64,000 nt of DNA from an uncultured Desulfobacterales bacterium (GCA_964522695.1 CAZFWX010000001.1:1517-65516); one strand, 5' to 3'; shown: positions 18,301 through 28,070, counted from the stretch's first letter. Translations and numbers: made by a program. The notes: a model not told the origin generated them from the sequence alone.

Positions 18301-20801
18301 TAGCAGAACCGGTTTTCCGGGTCGCCGAAGCGGCGGATGAATTCCCGGTTGGCAAAGGGAATCTTCCCCTGGCGATTGATGAGCGCCACGTAGGCGGGAA
18401 TATTCTCCAAGACGGCAAAAAGGCGCTGGCGTTCCACGACCAGGGCCTCCTCGGCCTGCCGCCGCGCGGTGATGTCAATGCCGATGCCTCCCACCAGGTA
18501 GGGGCGGCCCTGGGCGTCGAGGATGGGGAACCGGTGGGCCAGGAGATAACGGGGACCTTCGTCCCCTTCCAGGGTGACCACATGTTCCAGGGCTTGTCCG
18601 GTTTCCACCACCTGGCGGTCCAAGTTCTGGAATCTTTGGGCCATGTCCGGCGACCAGACGTCTGCCAGGGTCTTGCCCTGCCATTCCCTTTTTTCCAGAC
18701 CCACCAGGTTTTCCCAGGTCTCGTTGGCGAAGAGATATCTCCCGTCCAGGTCCCGGATAACCGCGGTGCCCGGCAGGTTCCCCATGAAAGCCTGGAAGAG
18801 GGCTTCGCTTTCCCGGAGTCTCGTTTCGACCTGCTGCCTCTCTTCGATTTCCCGGAGCAATTGCTCGTTGGCCAGTTGCAGGGCCAGGGTGCGCTCCACC
18901 ACCCGGCCCTCCAGTTCGGCATGGGTCTGCCTGAGCTTTTCTTCAGCCCTGCGGCTCACCAGGGCGATGGCGGCCAGGTCGGCGAAGCCGGAGGTTAGGC
19001 GGGCGTCGTTGTCGGTAAAGCCCCCCGGCTTGTTGGCCAGGCCGATCAGTCCCACCACTTTGGCTTCATGAATCAGGGGGGCGAAAAGGATGTTCTCCAG
19101 GGTCACGTGTCCCTCGGGCAGGAAGGCGACGTGCCCGCTGGCCAGAAAGGAATTGTCGAAAACCACCTTGCCGGTGCGGTAGGCCTCCTCCCTAAGCCCG
19201 CGGATGGGCATGGGCAGATCGGGGTCTACAGAGCACGGCCTGCCGCCGGCATCCAGAAACAACACCTCATTTTCGGCGCCATCCGGACTCAGCAAGGCGA
19301 TGTAGCCGGCCGGGGCCCCGGTCGTGGCCTTGCACTGCTGGAAGATCTTCCAAGCGGCGTCTTCAAAGGTGTGGTCATCCATGACCGCCCGGGCGGCCCG
19401 CAACAGGGCCCCGGTTTCCTGGTGGCGCAGCGTCGCCTCCCCCAGGGCCTGCTGCAGTCTTTCTTCGGCCCGCTTGCGGTCGGTGATATCCCGGGCCACG
19501 TGCACGCTGCCCGCCACACGGCCCTGATTATCCTTTAAAGGGGTGACGGTGACAAAATAATGACGGTCGAGTTCCTGTATTTCACTGGAATGCTCTTGCC
19601 AGTCTTGCAGCAGAAGCGAGTGGGGGCAAAACTCCGGCGGGGTATCCTGCCGGTGCACCACCTCGTAGCAGGGCCGGCCGATGAGGTCTTCCGGCATCTT
19701 CCCCAAGGCCGCGGCCATGGCCCGGTTGGCCCGCAGAATGTGGTGGTCCGTGTCTAAAATGGCGATGAGATCGGGAACCGTGTGAAAGGTGAGCTCCCAC
19801 TCCTCCTTGGCCCGGAGGACCTCGGCCTCGGCCTGTTTGCGGGCCGTGATGTCTATGGCATAGATACGTGCCGTGGACAGATCATGGGGAAAAGATAGCT
19901 CCAGCGCATAAACCCTGGTTTCCAAGGTCAGGTCCAAGGAATACTGACGCAGGCCCTGCTCCCGGGCCTGGGCAAACAGGTCCGGCAGGTTGCCAGGCAG
20001 GAAGGCGTTCAACCCTTCAGTCAACCCCAACTGTTCCACCACCCGCCTGGCGGCAGGATTGGCATAAATCACCCGGCCTTTCTCATCCACTTCCAAAACC
20101 GGGTTAGGATTTAATCTCGGGAAGGAAGCCAGGCGCTGAATCCTTTGCTCTGCCTCCTTTTTTTCGGTAATGACCCGGAAAAAGATCGAGAGACCGTCAT
20201 CGTAGGGATACGCCCGCACCTCGTACCAGTTGGCGTAAGGGGCAATCTCAAAGTAGGTTTCGAAGAAAACCGGTTTTTTCTCCCGCAGGGCCTGCTGGTA
20301 ATATTTTTCAAAGACCGACCCCCGGCTCTCCGGAAAAGCCTCCTCAAAGAGATGCCGTCCCAGGACCTCTTCCCGTTTGCGGCCCAGAAGAGTTTCCGCG
20401 GCATCGTTGAAATAGGTAACCACCAGGTTACCGTCCAGCACCAAAAAGCCGTCGCTGATGCTTTCCAGGATGGCGACCAGACGCTCCTTGGCGGCCTGCA
20501 ATTCTTTGCCGGCCTGATGATGATCGTCCATTTCCCGTTTGAGTTGCTGGTTGTTGTTGGAAAGCTCCATTACCTGGTCTTCCAAATAATGGGGACCTCC
20601 TGCAGCGGCCTCGAGCCGGGAATGGCGACGACGCAGTTCCTCGTTGTGCAACTCCAGTTCCATCTGCCGGACCCGAAGCTCATACATCAGCTTGCGGGTT
20701 TCCTCAACAGAAAGCTCCTGGTCGGCCCGCACCTGGGCCTTCAGCTTCTCTTCGGCCCGGCGCCGCAACTCAGCAAGTGATGGTTGTATTTCCTGCTTCA
20801 T
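15396..20801 (-). CDS. Very large (1801 aa) cytoplasmic multi-PAS/GAF sensor histidine kinase (HisKA_3 + HATPase_c)
   Basis: Many DITxRKxAE PAS-linker motifs and GAF-like segments. C-terminal ERKRLAAELHDELGH H-box plus an ATPase domain. Forms a 4-nt-overlap operon with the NarL-type regulator. Confidence 0.9.
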   Translation of the reverse strand: MKQEIQPSLAELRRRAEEKLKAQVRADQELSVEETRKLMYELRVRQMELELHNEELRRRHSRLEAAAGGPHYLEDQVMELSNNNQQLKREMDDHHQAGKELQAAKERLVAILESISDGFLVLDGNLVVTYFNDAAETLLGRKREEVLGRHLFEEAFPESRGSVFEKYYQQALREKKPVFFETYFEIAPYANWYEVRAYPYDDGLSIFFRVITEKKEAEQRIQRLASFPRLNPNPVLEVDEKGRVIYANPAARRVVEQLGLTEGLNAFLPGNLPDLFAQAREQGLRQYSLDLTLETRVYALELSFPHDLSTARIYAIDITARKQAEAEVLRAKEEWELTFHTVPDLIAILDTDHHILRANRAMAAALGKMPEDLIGRPCYEVVHRQDTPPEFCPHSLLLQDWQEHSSEIQELDRHYFVTVTPLKDNQGRVAGSVHVARDITDRKRAEERLQQALGEATLRHQETGALLRAARAVMDDHTFEDAAWKIFQQCKATTGAPAGYIALLSPDGAENEVLFLDAGGRPCSVDPDLPMPIRGLREEAYRTGKVVFDNSFLASGHVAFLPEGHVTLENILFAPLIHEAKVVGLIGLANKPGGFTDNDARLTSGFADLAAIALVSRRAEEKLRQTHAELEGRVVERTLALQLANEQLLREIEERQQVETRLRESEALFQAFMGNLPGTAVIRDLDGRYLFANETWENLVGLEKREWQGKTLADVWSPDMAQRFQNLDRQVVETGQALEHVVTLEGDEGPRYLLAHRFPILDAQGRPYLVGGIGIDITARRQAEEALVVERQRLFAVLENIPAYVALINRQGKIPFANREFIRRFGDPENRFCYEFFFGLEGPCQDCKALKVFATRTPEIWEWSGPDGNAYQIHDYPFTDVDGSPLVLEMGVDITDRKRAEAELAQHAEQIQDLYNNAPCGYHSLDSDGIMVQINDTELRWLGYSREEVLGKVKFPDLLTPASRQIFFDNFPGFKERGWVRDLEYEIVRKDGAIVPVVLSATAVTDAAGNYLMSRSTMFDISDRKRAEQALAEERQRFFHLLENLPAFVYLQAPDYSVRFANRVFRERFGEPETGSCYSIFWGRTDPCPDCPTFSVFHTGQPKEWELTRSDGRTYQIYDYPFADVDGSPLVLEMGIDITDRKRAEQIIRDQARELEAFFTHNITPLVFLDPDFNFLRVNEAYARSCRRPAAEFIGRNHFDLFPHTENEVIFRKVVESKRPHVALAKPFTFPDHPEWGVTYWDWSLSPILNEAGEVDFLVFSLNDVTERVQAEEDRNRLIEILEATPDLVAIADADRQVKYLNRAFRKALGLPEGSDPAQVEINLVHPRWATDLVLKEGFPMAAREGFWKGETAILAPDGWEMPVSQLILAHRDAAGRVQFFSSIARNISDLKEAQARIQRQSAILQGLNRILREALTCQTEDDLGQACLAVAQELTGSAFGFIDEVKEGGTFDFLAVSDPGWAGCGLSQVESPAPPPPVSVRRLYQDAIPGGMSLVINEPPALLHSPDGPAGQPSITAFLGVPMLFDGKVKGIIGLANKGSAYTQADQEAVEALAVAVVEGLLHHRTEKRLKESERRLRFLADQLLSAQENERKRLAAELHDELGHALLILRLSLSSVEKALLPKQKELKKELQENLTYINGIIEEIRRLYRDLSPGDLEDLGLTRALKSMIDDFAVYHSQVTWAVDLPDLDRLFSVPEQTIIYRIFQEALTNIGKHAQPSHVMIAARPEDGQVHFTIVDDGCGFNVAEVLGEGGSTRGLGLVAMDERLQMVGGTLAIHSIRGEGTQLSFTIPAAPEGERP

Positions 20802-21019
20802 GGTGCTTGTCCCTGGGGAGGGTGATAACTAAAAAACTTTGCCGCCGCGTGGCAGCCGCGCCACCTGGCCTTGCCCCGGGAGTTCTCCCGGCAAAGGCGC
20901 AAAGACTATCGTCATATCCCAGATATAACTTACAAATTCCCGATCCATAAACTCTCTCTCCCCTGGTGGGAGGGGGTTGGGGGGAGGGGTATAAGTTTTC
21001 GTCACTTGTTGAAATTTCA

Positions 21020-21057
21020 CCCCCACCCCTGCCCTCCCCCATCAGAGGGGGAGGGAG
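21020..21057 (+). repeat. Family-B GC hairpin repeat (CCCCCACCCCTGCCCTCCCCC-atcaga-GGGGGAGGGAG)
   Basis: Perfect 9-bp stem 21032-21040/21047-21055. Near-identical copies at 40635-40670 (+) and 45151-45185 (-). Confidence 0.6.
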
Positions 21058-21233
21058 TAAAGACCCAATTCAAAATGAAAGGTATTCCCGGGACGATAGC
21101 CACTTCCTATAAAAATATGGTGACAAAGGAACAAAGTAAAGGGGGTTTTCAGAATAACGGAAACCCGCGCCCCCAGTTCAGGAGCGGTTTAATTCGCCTG
21201 AATTCCGCGGCGCAGACTTGCCGGCCGCCACCC

Positions 21234-22487
21234 TCATTCCAGCCGCCAGCGGGGGAGCCAGATATGCACCGCGGTCCCCTGGCCCGGGGTGGAGTCGATC
21301 TCAATTTCCCCCAGGTGATTGGCGATGATGTGATAAACAGCGGTGAGGCCCATGCCGGTCCCCTGGGGTTTGGTGGAAAAGAAGGGATCGAAGACCCGGG
21401 GCAGGTCTTCCGGGGCGATGCCGGCCCCGCTGTCCTGTACGGTGAGCTTAAGCCGCTGGGCCTGCGCCTCTAAGGAGATCCTGAGGACCCCGCCCTTGGG
21501 CATGGCCTCCCGGGCGTTGTTCAGCAGGTGCTGGAGGGCCAGGGACAAAAGACTGGCGTCCCCGGGCGCCGGCGGCAGGAACGGGGAAAAGTGCCGTTCC
21601 ACCTCCACCTTGGCCTTCAGGAAATCTCCCCGCTGCGCGGCCAGCACCCGGTCGATGAGCTCGGGCAGCCGGATGGGCTTGAGCACCGGCTCGCCCAGCT
21701 TGGTGAAGGCCTCGATTTCCCGCACCATTTGCTCCAGCTTGCGGATCTGGGAGGCCATGAGGGCCAGAGTCGCCTGCTGGGGGTCATCCGCGCCCAGGTG
21801 CTTTTCCAGGCGGTGCAGGAAGCCGCCGATAATGGCCACGGGGTTTCTCACTTCGTGGGCCACGCCCTGGGACAGCTTGCCCAGGGCGGCCAGGCGCTCG
21901 GCCCGCAGGAGCTTGCGCTGGGCGATCTGCAGTTCGCCCGTGGCGGCCAGCAATTTTTCCTGCAAGCGGCTGTAGAGCCGGGCGTTTTCCAGGGCCGTGC
22001 CGATGAGGTTGCCCGCCAGGGTCAGGACTTCCAGGTCCCCGGCGTTAAACCCCTGGGGATCTTTTTTATTTAAAACTTCCAGGACCCCCACCAGCCGGTC
22101 CCGGGATTTGAGCGGCACGCAGAGGATGGAGCGGGTGGCAAAGCCGGAGTGGCTGTCGAACCGTGCACAAAAATGGGGGTCCTGGGAGGTGTCGGCGATC
22201 ATCAGGGGATTTTCCGACAGGGCCACCGCGCCGGCCACGCCCTCCCCCATTTTCAGGCGCAATTCCTTGACCTCGTCGCCCTTCTCCCCCCGGGCCAGGC
22301 GGAAAAACAGGTCGCCCTGCTCCGGGTCCACTTCAAAGATGGAGCTGGCTTCGGCCTCCAGCAGTTCTTCCACATAATCCATGGCCTGGTTGAGCACCGT
22401 GTGAATGTCGAGGGAGGAGTTGATGAGGGCCGAGAAATTCACCAGCCGGCGCAGTTCCTGGATGTCGGCGAAAGGAGATCTGGCCAT
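21234..22487 (-). CDS. GAF-domain sensor histidine kinase
   Basis: N-terminal GAF-like region, H-box SQGVAHEVRNP, ATPase motifs NNAREA and GTGMGL. Confidence 0.85.
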   Translation of the reverse strand: MARSPFADIQELRRLVNFSALINSSLDIHTVLNQAMDYVEELLEAEASSIFEVDPEQGDLFFRLARGEKGDEVKELRLKMGEGVAGAVALSENPLMIADTSQDPHFCARFDSHSGFATRSILCVPLKSRDRLVGVLEVLNKKDPQGFNAGDLEVLTLAGNLIGTALENARLYSRLQEKLLAATGELQIAQRKLLRAERLAALGKLSQGVAHEVRNPVAIIGGFLHRLEKHLGADDPQQATLALMASQIRKLEQMVREIEAFTKLGEPVLKPIRLPELIDRVLAAQRGDFLKAKVEVERHFSPFLPPAPGDASLLSLALQHLLNNAREAMPKGGVLRISLEAQAQRLKLTVQDSGAGIAPEDLPRVFDPFFSTKPQGTGMGLTAVYHIIANHLGEIEIDSTPGQGTAVHIWLPRWRLE

Positions 22488-22673
22488 GGGATGGTCACCG
22501 AAAGCTGATGAAAAAATTATTTGTCAGGTCCCCCTGAGAAGAAGAGGGAGTTTCAATTCCCTTTGGAGGCGGGGTGGCTCTAAGTCTTCTGAAAATTTCC
22601 TTGTTATCATACTCTGGGCCGCCATTGGGAGCAACTCCCGGGACGGCGCGGGGCGCTAAGAGCGTTCCCCGGG

Positions 22674-23990
22674 TCAATCCTTGGGAAAACGAAAGATCAG
22701 GTGCTCCAAAACCAGGGCCGCCAGGATGCCCACCACCAAGCCGTTGCTAAAGAGCGGCGCCAGGGTGGCGGGCAGGAGCTGAAAAAAAGCCTTGGGCAGA
22801 AAGGCCACCGTGGCGCCCAACAGAATGGGCAGGCCCACCGTCAGGTATTCCCGCCGGGCGAACTGGCCCCTTTGGCCCAGCATGACGTTCACCCCCGCGG
22901 TGAATTGGGACGCCAGGGCCACAAACAGCACCGCGGCGATGGCCGAGGAGGGAATCCCGGCAAAGAGCGCCCACAGCTTGGGGAGAAAGGCGCTCACCAC
23001 CATGAGCGCCCCGGCTGCGGCCAGCACGTAGCGGCTGGCCACCCGGGTGAGCAGCACCACCCCCGGCCCTAAAGAATAGCTGACCAGCCCCACCACCCCC
23101 AGGGCCGCGGCCGCCACACCGCCCGCCCCGGTCATGGCGATGCCCCGGTTCAGGCGGGACTCCAGCCCCTCCTTCCCCACCACTTCGGCCATCCCCTGAA
23201 TGCTGCCCACGGTATTGAGCATCACGGCCACGTAGGTGCAGATCATGACGACCACCGCAGCGGCGGAGAAGGCGGGCAGCGGTCCCCGCCACGGCGACGG
23301 CCAGGCCAGCCAGGCCGCCTCAGCCACTGGCCGGAAGGAAACCTCGCCGGTCAGGGAAAACAGCGCCAGCCCGAACAGGATTCCCCCCAGCATGCTGGTG
23401 TTCTGGAGGAGGCCCCGGGTCCAGTGCGACAGGAGCACCACCGCCAGCATGATGAGCAGGGAGAAGCCGGCCACGTGCAGGTTGCCGTGGGGCCGCCCGG
23501 GGCCCATGCCGATGAGGAGGGGATAAAGAAAGGGAATCAGGGTCAGGGCCACCAGGATGAGGATCACCCCCACCACGGTGGCGGTGAACCAGCGCGCCAG
23601 CCATGTGAACCAGCCCAGGACGCCGATGAGCACTAAAAATAAACCGCCGGCCAAAATACCGCCCGTAAGCGCGGCCAGCCCCTGGGGCGCCAGCACCACG
23701 AAGCTGAGCAGCACTGCGGTGGAGGGCCCTTCCAGCAAAGGGTAGCGATGGCCCGCCAGGCTCTGCAGGGTGGTCATGAGCCCGGTGACGATGAGCAGGC
23801 GCTGGCAGAACGCGGCCTGCGCGGCCTGGTCCAGTCCCAGGGCGGCGCCGCACAGCACCGCGGCCACCACCACGTTGGGAATGGTGATGGTGAGCCACTG
23901 CAGCCCATAGAGCAAGGTCTTATGGACCGGCGGCGCTTCGTCCAACCCATAGAGAAAGGGTTCCTGGTCCGGTGATTTCATGTTACCCAA
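22674..23990 (-). CDS. NCS2 (xanthine/uracil/purine permease) family transporter
   Basis: About 12 hydrophobic segments. N-terminal LYGLQWLTITIPNVVV resembles the nucleobase:cation symporter-2 family. Assignment is by recollection only. Confidence 0.6.
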   Translation of the reverse strand: MGNMKSPDQEPFLYGLDEAPPVHKTLLYGLQWLTITIPNVVVAAVLCGAALGLDQAAQAAFCQRLLIVTGLMTTLQSLAGHRYPLLEGPSTAVLLSFVVLAPQGLAALTGGILAGGLFLVLIGVLGWFTWLARWFTATVVGVILILVALTLIPFLYPLLIGMGPGRPHGNLHVAGFSLLIMLAVVLLSHWTRGLLQNTSMLGGILFGLALFSLTGEVSFRPVAEAAWLAWPSPWRGPLPAFSAAAVVVMICTYVAVMLNTVGSIQGMAEVVGKEGLESRLNRGIAMTGAGGVAAAALGVVGLVSYSLGPGVVLLTRVASRYVLAAAGALMVVSAFLPKLWALFAGIPSSAIAAVLFVALASQFTAGVNVMLGQRGQFARREYLTVGLPILLGATVAFLPKAFFQLLPATLAPLFSNGLVVGILAALVLEHLIFRFPKD

Positions 23991-24194
23991 CGGTCCTATC
24001 CGCCCTTGAGCCTTTGATAACCATCCGGGACCAGGGCCGGCCCGGTCTCTTGCGTCCTAAAGCTAATCCTAACTCATCCAGGAGTGGCTGTTCTCCCCTT
24101 ATTTCCCGGACGTTTGCTCTCAGGGGTGTGGGAAGGAGGTGTGGAGGGCAGGGGTCCTTGACCGCCGGTCCCCTCATCTGTAAACCTGGCGCGG

Positions 24195-25169
24195 CTACGC
24201 CGCTTCCTGGGCCTGTTTTTCCCGGTTGAGGACGGCGTGAAGCGCGGCCAGGGCCACTTCCATCTGGGAGTCGTCGGGTTCCAGAGCCGTCAAGCGTTGA
24301 GTGAAGAGGCCGGGCCACAGGAGCACCCGGGCTAACGGGTGGTCGGGCTGGCGGCCGCCCCAGCGGATGATCTCGTAGGAGACTGCGGCGATGGGGAACA
24401 TGAGGCCCACTTTTACCACAGTCTGCACCAGGGCGTTGAAAAACCCGGAGCGGGTCAGGGCCGGAAAGAGGGGAAAGAATATGGTAAAGATGAGGATGCT
24501 CACCAGCACCACCACCAGGAGAAATGAGGTGCCGCAGCGGGGATGGCAGGTGCAATGGCGGCGGACGTGGTCCAGGTCCAGGGGTTCGCCCGCTTCGTAA
24601 GTGCAGATGGATTTGTGCTCAGCGCCGTGGTACTGAAAGACCCGGCGGATTTCCTTGAACCAGGAGATACCCCAGATGTAGAGGAGCAGAAAGCAGACCT
24701 TGATAATGCCGTCAATGACGTGAAACGTGAAGTGGGCCGGGGTGAGGGCGACGCCCACCACGAGGCCCGCCAGGCCGCTCAGCCAGTGGGGCAGGAAGCC
24801 GAAAAAGAGAAAGGCCAGGCCAAAGGCCCCGGCCATGGTGAGGGTGAGGCTGACCCAGCCCAGTTTTTCCGGCTCTTTCTCCAGGCCTTCCTGCCCTTGT
24901 TTGTTCTCCTCTTCCACCAGGGCCTGGGCCGAGAAAGTAAGGGCCTGGATGCCGGTGACCAGGGATTCGATGAGCATCACCGGCCCGCGCAACAGCGGGC
25001 GTTTGAGGATGGGATAGCGTTCCGCCACGGAGCGGTAAGGCTCATCCTTAAGGACGACGGACCCGTCCGGCAGACGCACGGCTACGGCCAGGGCCTGGGG
25101 GGAACGCATCATGACGCCTTCCAGGACGGCCTGGCCGCCCACCGGCAAAAGGGGCGAAGAGGCGCTCAA
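24195..25169 (-). CDS. DUF1385 (YqhQ-like) membrane protein
   Basis: [14 protein letters not shown] and YHGAEHK motifs. Classic position directly downstream of rpmE (4-nt overlap). Confidence 0.85.
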   Translation of the reverse strand: MSASSPLLPVGGQAVLEGVMMRSPQALAVAVRLPDGSVVLKDEPYRSVAERYPILKRPLLRGPVMLIESLVTGIQALTFSAQALVEEENKQGQEGLEKEPEKLGWVSLTLTMAGAFGLAFLFFGFLPHWLSGLAGLVVGVALTPAHFTFHVIDGIIKVCFLLLYIWGISWFKEIRRVFQYHGAEHKSICTYEAGEPLDLDHVRRHCTCHPRCGTSFLLVVVLVSILIFTIFFPLFPALTRSGFFNALVQTVVKVGLMFPIAAVSYEIIRWGGRQPDHPLARVLLWPGLFTQRLTALEPDDSQMEVALAALHAVLNREKQAQEAA

Positions 25170-25408
25170 TTGGTCTCAGGGGCTTCGGCGGCTTCGGTCT
25201 TGTTGGCTTCCAGGTGGGCGTATTTGCGGCGGAAGCGCTCCACCCGCCCGGCGGTGTCCACCAATTTTTGCTTGCCGGTGAAGAAGGGATGGCACTTGGA
25301 GCAGATTTCCACGCGGATGGCGTCCCGGGTGGAGCCGGTGAAAAATTCCTGGCCGCAGGCGCAGCGCACCTTGACCTGGTTATACTGGGGATGGATGTCT
25401 TTCTTCAT
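25166..25408 (-). CDS. rpmE: 50S ribosomal protein L31
   Basis: [10 protein letters not shown]..Cx[29 protein letters not shown]. Confidence 0.95.
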   Translation of the reverse strand: MKKDIHPQYNQVKVRCACGQEFFTGSTRDAIRVEICSKCHPFFTGKQKLVDTAGRVERFRRKYAHLEANKTEAAEAPETN

Positions 25409-25653
25409 CTGTGGGCCTCGGGGCTGATTTTCTCCATGGTTTCCGGCCGGCGCCGGCCAGGAGGATGGTCCAAATATTATAATTTACCTGGTTCGCTGAA
25501 AAAAGCGATGAAAAAATCATGTGGCAATGCTTTCTCCTGTTACCAAAGGCGGTTGTGAGCTGCCGACCCACTTAAAATCAGGTAAGACTTGGTGGCGCAG
25601 GCTTCCAGCCGGTGCGGACACAGGGGAGCGGTGTTTTAGATAGAATAGATACT

Positions 25654-25893
25654 TTAACCTGAATCAGCGTCCCTGATTTTAGACCGCCCCCGCTTCCAAA
25701 GGATTATCAGGGCCGCCAGGAAAAAGAGAAGCGCCAGGACCGGCCCGGCAAAGAAAAACCCGGTCATGACCGCTTCCAGGTCTTTATCGTGGCGGTTGGG
25801 GGAAAAGCCAAAAACCAGCAGGATGCCCCCGGCCACGCCCAGTCCGTAGCCCAGCGCACCCCAGAGGCAGGCGAAAAAGAAACGTTTGAGCAT
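25654..25893 (-). CDS. Small two-TM membrane protein
   Basis: Two hydrophobic helices. Start placed at MLKRFFF. No family recognised. Confidence 0.45.
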   Translation of the reverse strand: MLKRFFFACLWGALGYGLGVAGGILLVFGFSPNRHDKDLEAVMTGFFFAGPVLALLFFLAALIILWKRGRSKIRDADSG

Positions 25894-26095
25894 GAAGTCC
25901 CCCGGCCGGAATGATCTGTGCAGGGTGCGCACTGCGCAGCATTTCCTCGGGCCAGGGCTATTAGTGGGGCGGCCGTCCCTGGCCGCCTTGACTGGCGGGC
26001 ACGGAGGCCCCGTTCCACCAGCATTTTCTCGCCCCCAGGGGGCCCCACTGCGCCACCTGGTCTTTCGGCGGGCGGGACGCCCGCCCTGCCGATCT

Positions 26096-28051
26096 TCATC
26101 CCCACGCCTGGCCGATATGGCTGACGATGATGTGGGCCCGGATGGTGCTCAGGGTGTGGTAGCTGCCGCCCAGCATGCGGCTGATTTCCGGCAGGCAGCT
26201 GGGTTCGTGCCAGTAGCGCTCGGTGTTCAACACCAGGGTGTTGATGCCCAGGCCACCGATCCTGGCCGCCAGGGCCTTCACTTCCTCCATGGGGGGCCGG
26301 CCGCTTAAGGTGATGTTGGCCTTGCCGTCGGTGATGAGCACCATCAAAAAGGCGTCCTTGGGGTAGCGGGCCTTTTCCTGCCCAATAACTTCCATAGCCA
26401 GGTGCAGGCCGTGGGGCAGGGGCGTCTTGCCGCCGGTGGGCAATTGCGTCAGATAACGGCGGGCCGCCTCCACGCTGCCGGTGAAGGGCAGGGCCAGGCG
26501 CGCGCTCTCCCCCCGAAAGACGATGAGCCCCACCCGCTCCCGGTGCTGGTAGGCGTCCAGGAGCAAGGAGAGGATGGCGGCCTTGGTTTCGGCCATGCGC
26601 TCGTCCGCGCCCATGGAGCCCGAGGCGTCCACCACGAAGAGCAGGTGTCGGCCGATGCGGCGCTCCCGCACCTTGAAGCGCAGGTCCGGGTCGGCGATGG
26701 CCAGGGCCAGGTTGCCCCGCTCGCGGCCCTGTTGAAAGGGGGCCGCGGCCCGGAGGGTGGCGTCCAGGGCCAGGTCCGGGGAGTTGGGGCGCACCAGGGT
26801 GGGCCGCACGTAACGGCCCCGGTGATCTTCGCTTTTGGCGTGGGTGCGGCCGCCCGGAGTGATGCGCACGCCCCGGTCCGGCAGCAAATCCAGGGGCCGG
26901 ATGGCAAAAAGGTCGCCGGGCGCGGTGACGGTCTCGCCTACCGGCCTGCTCCCCCCGGCCGTGGGCTCCCCCGCAGGCGGCGGGCCGCTGGGGACATAGT
27001 GCGGCTCGGCCTCGTCTTCCTGGAACTTCCGGAAGCTTTCCTCCAGCTTCTCCCGGTCCAGCACCCGCTCCCCGAAGGGCTGGCGCTTCAGGCGGTGGGG
27101 CAAAACCAAGAGCGCCGCTTCCCGCACGTCCGCGGCCTCCACCTCATCCCGGCCACGGAGCGCGGCCAGGGTGTGCGCGGTTTTAAGCATGGTGATGTCG
27201 GCCCGGTGGCCGTCCACGCCTTGTTCCAGACAAATTGCGGTGATGAGGCGCACGATAGGGGTGCCGGCCCTGACCCGGGCCAGCCGCGCCCGGGCCGAGA
27301 GAATGGCCTGGCGCAGGCGCTCCTGCTCGCCTTCCCATTCTTGGGCGAAGGCCTCGGGGGCGGCCTCATAGGCCAGGCGCCTTGTCGCCACGGCCATGCG
27401 GTCCTCCAAATTATGGAGACCCATGACCTCCACGCACAGCCCGAAGCGGTCCAGCAGTTGGGGGCGCAACTCCCCTTCCTCGGGGTTCATGGTGCCCACC
27501 AGGATGAAGCGGGCCGGGTGGGCAAAAGAGATGCCCTCCCGCTCCACCACGTTCACCCCCATGGCTGCCGCGTCCAGGAGTACGTCCACCAGGTGGTCGT
27601 CCAGGAGATTCACTTCGTCCACGTAGAGGATGCCCCGGTTGGCGTGGGCCAAGAGCCCCGGCTCGAAGCGCTTCTCGCCGCTTTTAAGCGCCCGCTCCAA
27701 ATCCAGCGTGCCCAACAGGCGGTCCTCGGTGGTGCCAAGAGGCAGATCCACTACGGGCATGGGGCGCTCCCGGCGGGGCAGGGCCTCGCCGGATTCTTTG
27801 CGCCGCCGACATTCGTCGCAGAGCTGGTCGCCGTTGTCCGGGTCGCAGCCGAAGGGGCATCCCGCCACCACGGCCATGGGGGGCAAAAGCGCGGCCAGCC
27901 CCCGGGCTGCGGTGGATTTGGCCGTGCCTTTCTCGCCCCGCACCAACACACCGCCCAGACGGGGATTGACGGCATTGAGGATCAGGGCTTTTTTCAAGGA
28001 ATCCTGGCCCACCAGGGCGGCGAAGGGATAGACGGGACGGTTGGGGGTCAT
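26096..28051 (-). CDS. ChlI/ChlD-type chelatase subunit (AAA+ ATPase N-terminal domain + C-terminal vWA/MIDAS domain)
   Basis: FAALVGQDSLKKALILNAVNP..GEKGTAKST (BchI/ChlI-like Walker A). Pro-rich linker. C-terminal vWA (LLFVVDASGSM). Start placed at MTPNRPVYPF. Confidence 0.8.
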   Translation of the reverse strand: MTPNRPVYPFAALVGQDSLKKALILNAVNPRLGGVLVRGEKGTAKSTAARGLAALLPPMAVVAGCPFGCDPDNGDQLCDECRRRKESGEALPRRERPMPVVDLPLGTTEDRLLGTLDLERALKSGEKRFEPGLLAHANRGILYVDEVNLLDDHLVDVLLDAAAMGVNVVEREGISFAHPARFILVGTMNPEEGELRPQLLDRFGLCVEVMGLHNLEDRMAVATRRLAYEAAPEAFAQEWEGEQERLRQAILSARARLARVRAGTPIVRLITAICLEQGVDGHRADITMLKTAHTLAALRGRDEVEAADVREAALLVLPHRLKRQPFGERVLDREKLEESFRKFQEDEAEPHYVPSGPPPAGEPTAGGSRPVGETVTAPGDLFAIRPLDLLPDRGVRITPGGRTHAKSEDHRGRYVRPTLVRPNSPDLALDATLRAAAPFQQGRERGNLALAIADPDLRFKVRERRIGRHLLFVVDASGSMGADERMAETKAAILSLLLDAYQHRERVGLIVFRGESARLALPFTGSVEAARRYLTQLPTGGKTPLPHGLHLAMEVIGQEKARYPKDAFLMVLITDGKANITLSGRPPMEEVKALAARIGGLGINTLVLNTERYWHEPSCLPEISRMLGGSYHTLSTIRAHIIVSHIGQAWG

Positions 28052-28070
28052 GTTTTTCCTTATGCATGGC

